This document shows, piece after piece, positions 9,338 to 19,301 of a DNA stretch of 64,000 bases. Origin of the DNA: Eubacteriales bacterium (GTDB lineage: Bacteria; Bacillota; Clostridia; Oscillospirales; CAG-272); NCBI GenBank assembly GCA_045544195.1, contig JAZPYO010000033.1:21650-85649 (forward strand), read 5' to 3'. The notes under the pieces were generated by a model. That model worked only from the letters and a program-made list of their open reading frames with translations. It searched no databases and was not told the origin of the DNA. Within the stretch, counting starts at the first letter, position 1. The number at the start of each line of letters is the position of its first letter. The position numbers and the translations under genes are program-made.

Positions 9338-9892
9338 TTATTCATCTTCCTTAAGCTGTATAAACGTTGCGCTGTGAGAAATATGCGGCAGTAAAATGTC
9401 AAATATATCCGATGTCCTTATACGCAGACTGCTCGTAGAAACGCACGGATGGCAGCCGATATATTCACAGCTTAAAAGGTCCTTGTCAACGATAAGGCGA
9501 ACGTTTGACTCCTTATCGTTCATCAGTCCCATAACACTTACCGCACCGGGCCTTATGCAAAGGTATTCCTGCATTTTTTCCGCAGATGCAAACGAAAGCC
9601 TTGCAACACCGAGCTGCTTTGAAAGCAGCTTCGTTTTAAATGGCTTATCTCCCGGCATCATCAAAAGATAATGATCTGTCATTTGTCTGTTGCACAAAAA
9701 CAGGTTTTTGCACATTGATGCTCCCATCACCTCATCGATCCTGCGGCAAAGCTCCATATTTTCAGCAGGCTCGTGGTCTACTCTGTAATACTCAACATTC
9801 AACTCATCAAGCAGATCGTAGCATGCCAATTCCTCAGGAAAACGGTATTCCCTCGTTACAGGTCTGCCCTTTACAAGCACTAATTCATTCAT
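9338..9892 (-). CDS. YbaK/ProX-type aminoacyl-tRNA editing (deacylase) domain protein
   Basis: 184 aa. Central KNLFL...LLMMPGDK...VSVMGL pattern typical of YbaK/prolyl-tRNA-synthetase-associated domains. Confidence 0.65.
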   Translation of the reverse strand: MNELVLVKGRPVTREYRFPEELACYDLLDELNVEYYRVDHEPAENMELCRRIDEVMGASMCKNLFLCNRQMTDHYLLMMPGDKPFKTKLLSKQLGVARLSFASAEKMQEYLCIRPGAVSVMGLMNDKESNVRLIVDKDLLSCEYIGCHPCVSTSSLRIRTSDIFDILLPHISHSATFIQLKEDE

Positions 9893-10583
9893 TTTTATTA
9901 CCGTTCCTTTTTTTGATCACCCTTGCAGGACAGCCTACGGCAACGCTGTACGGCGGTATCGGCTTTACTACGGTAGAGCCTGCCCCGACAACGCTCCCCT
10001 TGCCGATGTCGGCAGAATACATAATGCATACGCCCATTCCGATATAGCAGTCATCACCGAGTGTGACCTTGCGTGTATTTCCGCCCTGTAATGCGATCTT
10101 TTCTTCGGGATCTGTAAATATATGCGAATACGGCGTTACTGTTATGTTCTGTGCAAGAAGACAGTCTTTTCCTATCTCAAGTCCGACGTGGCCGAACAAC
10201 GTAGTTCCCGTTCCGATATATACGTTATTGCCAATATGTATGTATCCCTCATCCGCTCTTTCGGTATCAAGATATACCCTTTCGCAGAGGGTGACATTGT
10301 CCCCTATCGTTATACCGCCGCTGCCGCGCGCAATGACCGTAACATCATCGCTTATGGTTACGTTATCACCGACTGTTATATACTGCGGATTTACGAGCTT
10401 TACATTTTTGCCGATCCTGAGCCCTTTTCCGACCTTTTTCAGCTTATCAGCATAATACTCACACCTTTTCAGGTGTGAGTATTCGGAATTATCGTTCATT
10501 ATAAGCGTCAGGGCAAGGCTTTCGAGTGCCTGCCCGTCTGCATCCGGAAAGAGAGATCTTAAAAGCTCCTCTTTATTCTTCAT
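9885..10583 (-). CDS. hexapeptide-repeat (left-handed beta-helix) acyl/acetyltransferase
   Basis: 232 aa. Repeated [LIV]G-x4 hexapeptides (IGKNVKL, VGDNVTI, IGDNVTL, IGNNVYI, IGKDCLL, LGDDCYI, IGKGSVV). It overlaps both neighbours. Confidence 0.8.
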   Translation of the reverse strand: MKNKEELLRSLFPDADGQALESLALTLIMNDNSEYSHLKRCEYYADKLKKVGKGLRIGKNVKLVNPQYITVGDNVTISDDVTVIARGSGGITIGDNVTLCERVYLDTERADEGYIHIGNNVYIGTGTTLFGHVGLEIGKDCLLAQNITVTPYSHIFTDPEEKIALQGGNTRKVTLGDDCYIGMGVCIMYSADIGKGSVVGAGSTVVKPIPPYSVAVGCPARVIKKRNGNKNE

Positions 10584-11892
10584 CTTTCTTTTCTTCAGGC
10601 TTCTTGTCGCCGCCCTGAGTGAATGCCGCGCTTACGTAACCGCTGTCGCTGTTGAAGTCCTTTTCGAACAGCTCTCTCATTCTTGCGTATACCTCGTCGG
10701 GTATCTCGGGCGTTCCCTTTGAGAATGTGGGGATAAGCATATCGCCCGCAACCTCGGGTATCGTACATGTCGTATCGTTTCTGTACTGATCTCTTACTGC
10801 CTTATCTCTGAGATTGGGTATCTCAAGCGTTACACCGCCTGCAAGAACGGAACGGTATGCAAACAATCCCGTTATACCCATATCCATAGCCTCGTACACG
10901 TCGATGATGTCGGCGTTTTCGTTACCGCGTATCTTCTCAACGAAATTATACATTGAGTAGAAGTCCGAGCCGCCGTGGCCGAATGATGCATCGGCTGTCG
11001 GGAATTCCGTTTCGGGCTTGTAGCTCAGAACATTTTCAGGGCCGTATTCGCCGTCATACTCGTCAGCATTGACATATATGTGAGTCTGACCGCCCATATA
11101 CGCATCCTCTCTTGCCGTCTCCATTCTGCCCTTTGAGCCGTAAACGGTGTACCATACGGAGTTTTTGTAAAGGTCGCCGTGGATGCTCTTTGCAATACCG
11201 CCGTTTTCAAACGTTACCATTTCCATACCGAACTGACCTGCCTTGTTACCTGTACGGCGGCGGCGTTCTGTCTTTGTTCCCTCAAAGCCTACTACAGAAA
11301 CGGGACGCAGACCTGTTATGTGAATTATCGGACCGAGTGAGTGCGTGCAGTAGAAGTTTGCATGCATAAGGTTTCTCCAGTGATTCGGATCACCGTAGGA
11401 AATGCTGGGCCAGATGGATTCGCAGTTGTGGATATATTCACCCTCACCGTATTCAAATTCACCGATCTTGCCTTCCTTATACAGCTTACGCATTTCGTAA
11501 GGACCGGGCATATAGCAGTAGTTTTCGCCGTATGCGTAGATCATACCTGTTTTTTCAACTGTTTCAACAAGCTCAACTGCCTCCTTCATCGTCTGTACGG
11601 GAAGAACCTCGCTGAATACGTGAAGGCCCTTGTTCATACATCTGATAGCGAAAGGAGCGTGCTCATTTGCATAGTTTGCAAGAACGACTGCATCCATATC
11701 GTGATTGATGAATTCGTCAAAGCTCGTGTAATACGTAATATTGGCATCGGGATGCTGCTGCTTCTGCTTTTCAATACCCTCTACCCATTTGTCGCAAATA
11801 GCTACGACCTCTGCGTTATCAGCCTTCAGGCAGTAGTTTATCATGCTTGTACCGCGGAATGCGCCCATAACGCCTATTCTGACTTTTTTCAT
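10573..11892 (-). CDS. Gfo/Idh/MocA family oxidoreductase
   Basis: N-terminal Rossmann motif VRIGVMGAFRGTS...AICD. Start set to the ATG at 11892, which is preceded by GGAGG. The tracked ORF start at 11904 is a TTG lying inside that SD. Confidence 0.8.
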   Translation of the reverse strand: MKKVRIGVMGAFRGTSMINYCLKADNAEVVAICDKWVEGIEKQKQQHPDANITYYTSFDEFINHDMDAVVLANYANEHAPFAIRCMNKGLHVFSEVLPVQTMKEAVELVETVEKTGMIYAYGENYCYMPGPYEMRKLYKEGKIGEFEYGEGEYIHNCESIWPSISYGDPNHWRNLMHANFYCTHSLGPIIHITGLRPVSVVGFEGTKTERRRRTGNKAGQFGMEMVTFENGGIAKSIHGDLYKNSVWYTVYGSKGRMETAREDAYMGGQTHIYVNADEYDGEYGPENVLSYKPETEFPTADASFGHGGSDFYSMYNFVEKIRGNENADIIDVYEAMDMGITGLFAYRSVLAGGVTLEIPNLRDKAVRDQYRNDTTCTIPEVAGDMLIPTFSKGTPEIPDEVYARMRELFEKDFNSDSGYVSAAFTQGGDKKPEEKKDEE

Positions 11893-11931
11893 ATTTACCT
11901 CCAATATGATGATACGATTTTAACTTTGTCT

Positions 11932-11960
11932 ATGATACCACACTTTTTCCGATTTTTCAA
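11932..11960 (-). promoter_or_regulatory. putative sigma-A promoter (extended -10) for oxidoreductase-acyltransferase-ybaK genes
   Basis: On the minus strand: TTGAAA (11960-11955), 17 nt, then TGgTATCAT (-10 at 11937-11932). Confidence 0.5.
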
Positions 11961-12067
11961 TACCTATTTGAAACTCTTGAAACATTTAATATTTTATTCA
12001 AAACCAAAAAAGCAACAGCCGCTCTGCCCTGCTCGGCTTACAGGACATACGAGTGCTTATGTATCCG

Positions 12068-13039
12068 TCATTTCATCGACTGATGCTTTTTTCCCTGATA
12101 CGTATCGAGCGCGTACATTCTTTTATCTATTTCGTTTATTACGCACGTTTTCTTAATGCTCCAATCGGGTGCGAGAAGGTCGCTTTGCTTACCGTCGCCC
12201 GTAACTCTCGCTATAACGGTTTCGGCAGGCATTCTTTCTATTTGCTCTACCGTTATATCGACGTATTGCTCCATTGTAAGCATCGGCAGTCCGCCGTTTT
12301 TATATATTTCACCGAGGACTGTGCCGTCAATAACGTGCAAAGAGTGTATTTTGACAAATTCGGGGGCAAGCGATGCAACAAACTCCGACGTTTGTATCAT
12401 CATTTCCTTATTTTCATTCGGCAGACCGTTTATTATATGTATGCAAATACCGATTTTTTTACTGAACGATCTTAACCTTTCATACCCATTTATAAAGTCC
12501 TGCGTTGTATGACAGCGGTTTATATATCTTGCAGTTTCATCGTGCGAGGTTTGTAAACCGAGTTCAACTGTAAGCACCGTCTTTTCCGCAAGCTGTGACA
12601 AAAGCTCACACACGTCATTTGGAAGACAGTCTGCCCGTGTAGCGATATTTATTCCGACCGTATCGGGATATTCCAACGCCTGAGTATATTTTTCCGAAAG
12701 CACGCTGACAGGAGCATACGTATTCGTATGAGCCTGAAAATACGGTATTATACCGCAGTCTTTCCATTTATGCTCCATCATTTTTCTCGTTTCATCAAGC
12801 TGACTGACAACTGAAATATCCGACGATAGTGCATAATCTCCGCTTCCTCTGTCAGAGCAGTAAATGCAACCGCCATACCCTGCCCTGCCGTCTATATTCG
12901 GGCAGGTAAATCCGCAGTCAAGTGGAATTTTCGCGCATTTTTTACCGAATCTATGCTTTATATAATAATCGTATGTATGGTATCTTTTATTGCTGTCGGA
13001 GTAGATAAACGGATTACTTTCCTTTTGTGTAAGCTTCAT
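12068..13039 (-). CDS. radical SAM protein, TIGR01212/YhcC-like family
   Basis: 323 aa. N-terminal FTCPNIDGRAGYGGCIYCS cluster motif characteristic of this family. Confidence 0.8.
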   Translation of the reverse strand: MKLTQKESNPFIYSDSNKRYHTYDYYIKHRFGKKCAKIPLDCGFTCPNIDGRAGYGGCIYCSDRGSGDYALSSDISVVSQLDETRKMMEHKWKDCGIIPYFQAHTNTYAPVSVLSEKYTQALEYPDTVGINIATRADCLPNDVCELLSQLAEKTVLTVELGLQTSHDETARYINRCHTTQDFINGYERLRSFSKKIGICIHIINGLPNENKEMMIQTSEFVASLAPEFVKIHSLHVIDGTVLGEIYKNGGLPMLTMEQYVDITVEQIERMPAETVIARVTGDGKQSDLLAPDWSIKKTCVINEIDKRMYALDTYQGKKHQSMK

Positions 13040-13156
13040 TTGTTATTTCCTGTATGGTATAATTTAAAAATTGTATAAACTATTTTAACCGATAAACCGA
13101 TTTTAAGGTATATAATATTATTAAAAATATTTTATCAGAAAGCGAATTTGACAATT

Positions 13157-13981
13157 ATGGCTAACGAAGAATGCACCCATGACTGTTCGTCTTGCTCTGC
13201 AAACTGCTCGTCAAGAGAAAAGCCGCAGTTTGAAATGCAAAACAAACATTCACATGTAAAAAAAGTCATAGGCGTTGTGAGCGGCAAAGGCGGCGTAGGT
13301 AAATCGCTCGTCACCTCGATGCTTGCTACGGTTATGCAGCGCAGGGGCTACCGCACCGCCATAATGGATGCCGATATAACAGGTCCGTCTATTCCCAAGG
13401 CATTCGGACTGCACGGCATTTGCGACGGTGACGGAGAAAACATTTTCCCCTTTGTAACGAAAACAGGCATTGAAGTAATGTCCTTGAATCTTCTGCTTGA
13501 GGACGAAAGAACACCTGTCATCTGGAGAGGTCCTGTAATTGCAGGAACGGTAAAGCAGTTCTGGTCTGACGTTCTGTGGGGCGAGGTAGACTTTATGTTT
13601 GTTGATATGCCTCCGGGAACGGGCGATGTACCGTTGACCGTATTCCAATCTCTGCCCGTTGACGGTATCGTAATAGTTACATCACCCCAGGAGCTTGTTT
13701 CGCTCATCGTCGGCAAAGCAGTAAAAATGGCGGAAATGATGAACATACCGATCATAGGACTCGTTGAAAACTTCAGCTATCTTGAGTGTCCCGATTGCGG
13801 CAAAAAGATCGAGATATACGGCAAGAGCCGTGTGGACGAGGAAGCCGCCGCGCTCAACGTGCCTGTTCTGGCAAAGCTGCCCATCAAGCCCGAATTTGCA
13901 AACCAGTGCGATCTGGGACTCATAGAGCTTTTCGAGGGCGATCATATGGAAAAGGCAGCCGATGCAGTAGAAAGCATCTGA
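13157..13981 (+). CDS. Mrp/NBP35 (ApbC-type) iron-sulfur cluster carrier ATPase
   Basis: Deviant Walker A GKGGVGKS, a Cys-rich N-terminus (CTHDCSSCSANC) and a CPDCG motif. Start placed at the first ATG (13157); the tracked ORF begins at a TTG (13148). Confidence 0.85.
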   Translation: MANEECTHDCSSCSANCSSREKPQFEMQNKHSHVKKVIGVVSGKGGVGKSLVTSMLATVMQRRGYRTAIMDADITGPSIPKAFGLHGICDGDGENIFPFVTKTGIEVMSLNLLLEDERTPVIWRGPVIAGTVKQFWSDVLWGEVDFMFVDMPPGTGDVPLTVFQSLPVDGIVIVTSPQELVSLIVGKAVKMAEMMNIPIIGLVENFSYLECPDCGKKIEIYGKSRVDEEAAALNVPVLAKLPIKPEFANQCDLGLIELFEGDHMEKAADAVESI

Positions 13982-13991
13982 AACCAAAATC

Positions 13992-14020
13992 AATGCGGAA
14001 CATAAGTTCCGCATTTTTTC
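13992..14020 (+). terminator. rho-independent terminator
   Basis: AATGCGGAAC ATAA GTTCCGCATT followed by TTTTTC. Confidence 0.85.
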
Positions 14021-14030
14021 TTTATGTATG

Positions 14031-14696
14031 TTATACTTTCTCTATGACCTTATCGCACTGATCATAGAGGCATTTTTCTGCATCTGCATTTACAGCTTTC
14101 GCGTATGATGCGACTGCATATAAAAGCTCGCCTATGCCGTTTTCTCCGTCAAGCCTGCGGCTTATTTCTACTATGTCCTCGACGCTTGCGTAGGGTTCAC
14201 CGTATTTATGCAGCTTTGATGCGGTTTTTTCTGCGCGCATAAGCGACGGCAAGGATCTTGAGATGCTTTGAACAGATTCCTTCGCGCTTTTTTGCCCCTT
14301 TGTCTGCATTTTGATGGTATTCCAATTATCGAGGACCTCCTCGGTCGATGATACGGAAACGTCTGCAAACACGTGAGGATGACGCACTATCAGCTTACGG
14401 CATATTCCGTTAAGAATATCCGTAATATCAAATCTGTTATCGTCGTCTGCTATACGCGCGTGGAATACCACCTGCAAAAGAACGTCTCCCAATTCCTCCT
14501 TCATTATCTCATCGTCATTAGCGTCTATTCCCTCTATCGCCTCATAGACCTCTTCGATGAAATCAGCCCTTATTGATTGGTGCGTCTGCTCGGCATCCCA
14601 CGGACATCCGCCTGGGGCGCGAAGTATTTTGAGTATGTCAAGAAGATCGTCAAATGTATAATTCTCTTTTGCTTTAAGAAGTGCTTTTTTATCCAT
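14031..14696 (-). CDS. mazG: MazG-family nucleoside triphosphate pyrophosphohydrolase
   Basis: 221 aa. GCPWDAEQTHQS and EELGDVLLQV motifs. Confidence 0.9.
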   Translation of the reverse strand: MDKKALLKAKENYTFDDLLDILKILRAPGGCPWDAEQTHQSIRADFIEEVYEAIEGIDANDDEIMKEELGDVLLQVVFHARIADDDNRFDITDILNGICRKLIVRHPHVFADVSVSSTEEVLDNWNTIKMQTKGQKSAKESVQSISRSLPSLMRAEKTASKLHKYGEPYASVEDIVEISRRLDGENGIGELLYAVASYAKAVNADAEKCLYDQCDKVIEKV

Positions 14697-14717
14697 TTTT
14701 TTATTTTTCCTTTTTAT

Positions 14718-16304
14718 TTATATCAGCTTTAATTTTTTGAGTATGCGGCATATTTGCCGTCCCTTTGGCAAATACTCCATATCATTTTCGTCAACCGCCT
14801 TGAATTTGAATATACATATACCGTAAATGAGCGCTGCAAGCGTTATGCTTATCAAGACTGAAAGATCGGAGTCTGTAAGCGACGATAAGGCTTTGTGTGA
14901 TATATACGCGCAAAGTCCGCATATTGAAGCACATATAAACGGCAAAATGAACGTTTTAAACAGCTTCATATGTACTTTTGTTTTATTGCCTACGAATATG
15001 AAATTCATTATTACGATGGTAAGATAGCACATACACGTGCCAAGAGGTATTCCGAGTCTGCCTATTTTATCAACGCCTATGAATATATACGATGAAATGA
15101 GCTTTACCGCAATACCCGTTATCATTGATATTATCGGAAGACGCTCATTCCCCGACGCCTGAAGCACGCTGTTTGTTATAGCCATCATAGCGTAAAGGAA
15201 AACAGACGGGGAAAGCATAGTCAGCATTGCTGATGCAAGCTGTGATGAATCCTGCGGGAACAGCAGGCACAGTATCGGGTATGACAATACGCCGAGTCCG
15301 ACAGCGCACGGCATAGATATAACGCAGCACGTTTTAACGCACGAGGATATTATCGTAACACCGCTTTTTCCCTGTGACAAATGCTTTGTCAGATGTGGTA
15401 CTATGGCGCAGGCTATCGGGTATATAAGCACGCTCGGCATATTATAAAGCGATACTGCCAGCGTCGTATAATTACCGTATATTTCGGTTGCAGCCTTTGA
15501 TGCATAACCGATATCGCACAGACGCCCGACTGATATTACCGTATCAATAACGTTTGTAAGTCCCATTATAGACGAAGAAACGGTTATCGGCAGAGCTATT
15601 ATAACAAGCCTTTTTAAAACATCGGAATATTTACATGTGCTTTTCTCTTTATCGGTATCGGGCGAGAAAAAGCACTTTGATATAAGGCAGAACATCATTG
15701 ACGCAAGCGTTCCGAGCGTAACGCCGCTTATAGCATATGCGGCTGTAACGTATACAGGATCGCCCTTTTTTATTGAATGAACGGCAAGTAAAAGCCCGAA
15801 TGTGACCTTACCGAGCGATTCTATCACCTGAGATACTGCCGTTACGGTCATATTACCGAAGCCCTGAAAATATCCTCTGACCGATGACGATATACATATA
15901 AAAAACAGCGTTGGCGCGATAGCTATTGCGCAAAGATAAGCATTATCAATTTCGACACTTCTTGCTATCTGACGGGCAAATATACCCATAAACAGCGCAC
16001 TTGATGTTCCGATAAGTGCAAACAGTGTACAGGATGTGCGGAAAATAACCTTTGTATCGGCGCTTTTTCCCTGAGCTGTCGCCTTGCTTATCATCACAGA
16101 AAGCGCAACGGGCAGCCCCGCGGTAGAAACAAGATATAGCCACGAGTAAATGTTATACGCCATATTGAAGTATCCCATACCCTCATCGCCTATGAGCCGC
16201 TGGATCGGTATTTTGAACACAAGCCCTATTACCTTAACGAGCAGATTTGCCGCTGTCAGAATGACTACCCCTGAAACAAGGGAGCTTTTGTTGTCGGTCT
16301 TCAA
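14718..16304 (-). CDS. MOP-superfamily polysaccharide/lipid II flippase (SpoVB/YabM/MurJ-like)
   Basis: 528 aa, polytopic (about 14 hydrophobic segments). N-terminus GVVILTAANLLVKVIGLVFKIPIQRLIGDEGMG resembles SpoVB/MurJ. TTG start at 16304 directly abuts the mtaD stop, with GGAGGG 4 nt upstream. The yabM-yabN(mazG)-like neighbourhood resembles that in Bacillus. Confidence 0.75.
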   Translation of the reverse strand: MKTDNKSSLVSGVVILTAANLLVKVIGLVFKIPIQRLIGDEGMGYFNMAYNIYSWLYLVSTAGLPVALSVMISKATAQGKSADTKVIFRTSCTLFALIGTSSALFMGIFARQIARSVEIDNAYLCAIAIAPTLFFICISSSVRGYFQGFGNMTVTAVSQVIESLGKVTFGLLLAVHSIKKGDPVYVTAAYAISGVTLGTLASMMFCLISKCFFSPDTDKEKSTCKYSDVLKRLVIIALPITVSSSIMGLTNVIDTVISVGRLCDIGYASKAATEIYGNYTTLAVSLYNMPSVLIYPIACAIVPHLTKHLSQGKSGVTIISSCVKTCCVISMPCAVGLGVLSYPILCLLFPQDSSQLASAMLTMLSPSVFLYAMMAITNSVLQASGNERLPIISMITGIAVKLISSYIFIGVDKIGRLGIPLGTCMCYLTIVIMNFIFVGNKTKVHMKLFKTFILPFICASICGLCAYISHKALSSLTDSDLSVLISITLAALIYGICIFKFKAVDENDMEYLPKGRQICRILKKLKLI

Positions 16305-17597
16305 TTAACCCTCCGTAAAGTGAGATCGTGAGTTATTCATTTCGTATTTCAGCTTTTCTATATCTATCGTTTTGAAATCTCCGTTTTCGTAAAGAGTAAC
16401 GCCGTCGCACACCGTAAGGCATACATCCGTCGGATACACAGTATAAAGCAGTGTATTTACGGGCGAATATGACGGTATATTATGGCATTTTGTTACATCT
16501 ATCAAGGCAAAATCTGCCTTGCAGCCTGCCTTTATCATTCCGCAGTCATCTCTCATCTGCGATCTTGCCCCGTTTGCCGTTGCCATAGGCAAAAGAATGC
16601 TTGCGCCCGGAAACTCCGTATTTCCCGTAACGCCCCTGTGGATAAGTGATGCTGCATTCAATTCGTTAAGAATGCTCAGTCTGTTGTTTGATGCAGCCCC
16701 ATCGGTTCCGAGTGTTACATTTATTCCTTTATTTATCATTTTTTCAAGAGGTGCTACTCCTGAGCCGAGCTTAAGATTGCTTATGGGGTTGTGTGATACG
16801 GTAACGCCTCTTTTCGCCATTATATCAATATCGCCGTCCTCTACCCATACGCAATGCGCGGCATTTGTCACGCTATCAAAAACACCTGTTTTTTCAAACA
16901 GCTCACACGCTGTCATTCCGTGACGATGCTTTGCTTCAATATGCTCCTTTTGCGTTTCGGAAAGATGCACCTGAATGCCGCAGCCGAGTCTCTTGGCAAG
17001 ATCTGCAACATATCTGCACGAGTTTTCTGTATTTGTATATTCTGCGTGCAGTGACATATCGACCTTTATTCTTCCGTCGAAGGCATTGTTGTATGAATTG
17101 AAAAGCTCCAGCGCTTCAAGCACCCGCACGTCATTTTTCATTTCCGCATTTTCGTCAAACGATACAACACATCTTGATATATTCGCCTTCATTCCCGCCT
17201 TTCCGATAGCTTCTGCTATTTGCGGACAGAAAAAGTACATATCAGACATTGAAACAGTACCGCTTGCTATCATTTCAGCACACGAAAGAAGCGCGCCTGT
17301 GTACGCAAGACTGCCGTTCAGCTTATCCTCTGCGGGAAATATCGCTTCGTTAAGCCATCTGTCAAGCGGAAGATCCTCTGCCATACCGCGAAAATGAGTC
17401 ATAGGGCTATGTGCGTGGCAGTTGTACAGTCCCGGGATCATTATTTTGCCGCTGCCGTTTATTTTTCTTTGAAAATCGCCCGTCGGCGCGCCCTTGCCGA
17501 CGTATGTAAATCTGCCTTTGTCATAGGCAACATATATATTTTCTTCATAGCTGCCGTCGTGAAATATGACAGTTATATTTTCTATCAGAGTTTTCAT
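16305..17597 (-). CDS. mtaD: amidohydrolase, 5-methylthioadenosine/S-adenosylhomocysteine deaminase type
   Basis: 430 aa. Metal-binding NCHAHSPMT motif plus the later HLSE and TDGAASNN blocks typical of MtaD/SsnA-type deaminases. Confidence 0.8.
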   Translation of the reverse strand: MKTLIENITVIFHDGSYEENIYVAYDKGRFTYVGKGAPTGDFQRKINGSGKIMIPGLYNCHAHSPMTHFRGMAEDLPLDRWLNEAIFPAEDKLNGSLAYTGALLSCAEMIASGTVSMSDMYFFCPQIAEAIGKAGMKANISRCVVSFDENAEMKNDVRVLEALELFNSYNNAFDGRIKVDMSLHAEYTNTENSCRYVADLAKRLGCGIQVHLSETQKEHIEAKHRHGMTACELFEKTGVFDSVTNAAHCVWVEDGDIDIMAKRGVTVSHNPISNLKLGSGVAPLEKMINKGINVTLGTDGAASNNRLSILNELNAASLIHRGVTGNTEFPGASILLPMATANGARSQMRDDCGMIKAGCKADFALIDVTKCHNIPSYSPVNTLLYTVYPTDVCLTVCDGVTLYENGDFKTIDIEKLKYEMNNSRSHFTEG

Positions 17598-18391
17598 TGA
17601 TTTTCCCTTATGTAGCTTATATAATCCATGCAGTACTCATCCTTGCCCGCAACCACGTTTGCTGCCTTCAAAGCCATTTGCATAGCATCGCTCGTGCTGT
17701 CCATTATCGCGCTGTCAAGCCCCTGCCACACGGCGCACGTGAGATACGCGGCATTGACGTGTACTCTTTTGGGCAGACCGAACGAAGCGTTTGAAAGACC
17801 GCACACGGTCATAACAGTGCTCCATTTTTCCTTAAGCGCCTTTATCGTATTCAGCGACAGTATTGCCGATTCGCTGTCGGTAGCTATCGACTGTGTTGCT
17901 ATATCGAAGAATATCTTTTCTCTTGATATTCCGTTTTCGTCTGCAAACGCGACTGTTTTTTCAGCAACGGTCATTCTTTCCTCAAGCGTACTGTGATCCA
18001 GCATACAGACAAATCCCGCGCCGTACTTTTTAAGTATGGGAAGAGCTGTCGGCAATTCCTCGTATTTTACGGAATTCAGAATTATATCTCTGCCTGAAGC
18101 GTACTCTGCGCATTTCACAAGCACGTTAATATCGGGAGAGTCAATGACTATTCCACACGAGCAGTTGCTTTTGACAAGCTGTACGGTCTTTTGCATCATT
18201 GCTGTCTCATCATTGCAAAGCGCCGTATTGACATCGATATAATCAGAGCCTGACTGCGCCATATTCACGATAAGCTGCACTATCTGCTCATCGTTTCCCT
18301 CAGCACACAATTCATACGCCTTCATCGTTTTTGGAATTGAGCTGTTTAGCTTTTCACCGATAATTATCATTTGAATATCCTCATCTTTCAT
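17594..18391 (-). CDS. pterin-binding (DHPS-like) domain protein, methyltetrahydrofolate:corrinoid methyltransferase type
   Basis: 265 aa. IIGEKLN near the N-terminus, DYIDVN, and GLSNASFGLP, as in the MetH pterin module/AcsE. 4-nt overlaps with both neighbours. Confidence 0.7.
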   Translation of the reverse strand: MKDEDIQMIIIGEKLNSSIPKTMKAYELCAEGNDEQIVQLIVNMAQSGSDYIDVNTALCNDETAMMQKTVQLVKSNCSCGIVIDSPDINVLVKCAEYASGRDIILNSVKYEELPTALPILKKYGAGFVCMLDHSTLEERMTVAEKTVAFADENGISREKIFFDIATQSIATDSESAILSLNTIKALKEKWSTVMTVCGLSNASFGLPKRVHVNAAYLTCAVWQGLDSAIMDSTSDAMQMALKAANVVAGKDEYCMDYISYIRENQ

Positions 18392-19287
18392 CCAATAAAT
18401 TCTGTAAAAAACGAGTCCTCAGGAATATATTCCTTTGAAATTACAGGAACGTTTTTATATTTTTCCGCAATTTGAATAGCCTGCGGGCAGTATTTTGAAA
18501 TGTCGGGAAGCTGTGACAGCACCTCGATCACAAGCGGGGCTAAGACGTTTATTTCGTAAGGAACGAACGAGTTTATTCTTATATCCACGCAAGATGCGTA
18601 AGGCATAATATTTTTCTCTTCATTTTCAACGACGCTTGACCAGAGTCTGAACGTAAGCTCAGGGCAGGCGCCCCTGAACATCCAATCACGCACAAGACGG
18701 CGTGCAAACCGCAACGAAAGCCTTGAAAACTCGCTTCCGTATGCCTGAACGTCAGTATCGACGCACAGAAATATTTTTTTACATTCGCCGTGGAAAAGAC
18801 GTGTTATTTCAGGATATACTGCCTGTATTCCCTCAAATATGACAACCGTGTCCTCTGATATGCTTACCGTTCTGTATCCGCTTCTTCTTCCGCTCAGAAA
18901 ATCGAATATCGGTATGTCGCTTTTGCCGTCTTGTCTGAGCTGATTTACGCATTTGCAAAAGCAATCGTAATCAAGTGCATTTATAGAATCAAAGTCTATC
19001 TGTGTATCCTCGTCCGAGTCCTTAAGCTCATACGAATCCTTAAAAAAGTCATCGATCGATATTATGCTGACTCGTCTGCCGTCTTTTTCAAGAGCTTCCG
19101 TAAGGACTCTTGATGCAGACGTCTTACCTGAGCAAGACGGACCTGACAGAAGAATAAATCTTATATCTCTGTCCTTGGCAATACTTTCAGATGCTTTTAT
19201 TATTTCGCCGAAAAATTCAGCATCGCATTTTTTGACGAAATCTATTTTTTCCTCTTCGGTTTCAAAGGTCTTATCGTATTGGTACAT
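18388..19287 (-). CDS. uridine-kinase-like P-loop nucleoside kinase family protein
   Basis: 299 aa. Walker A LSGPSCSGKTSAS followed by SIDDFF and FEGIQA blocks typical of Udk-like kinases. The substrate is not determinable. Confidence 0.6.
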   Translation of the reverse strand: MYQYDKTFETEEEKIDFVKKCDAEFFGEIIKASESIAKDRDIRFILLSGPSCSGKTSASRVLTEALEKDGRRVSIISIDDFFKDSYELKDSDEDTQIDFDSINALDYDCFCKCVNQLRQDGKSDIPIFDFLSGRRSGYRTVSISEDTVVIFEGIQAVYPEITRLFHGECKKIFLCVDTDVQAYGSEFSRLSLRFARRLVRDWMFRGACPELTFRLWSSVVENEEKNIMPYASCVDIRINSFVPYEINVLAPLVIEVLSQLPDISKYCPQAIQIAEKYKNVPVISKEYIPEDSFFTEFIG

Positions 19288-19301
19288 TTATCAAACCGCC
19301 T

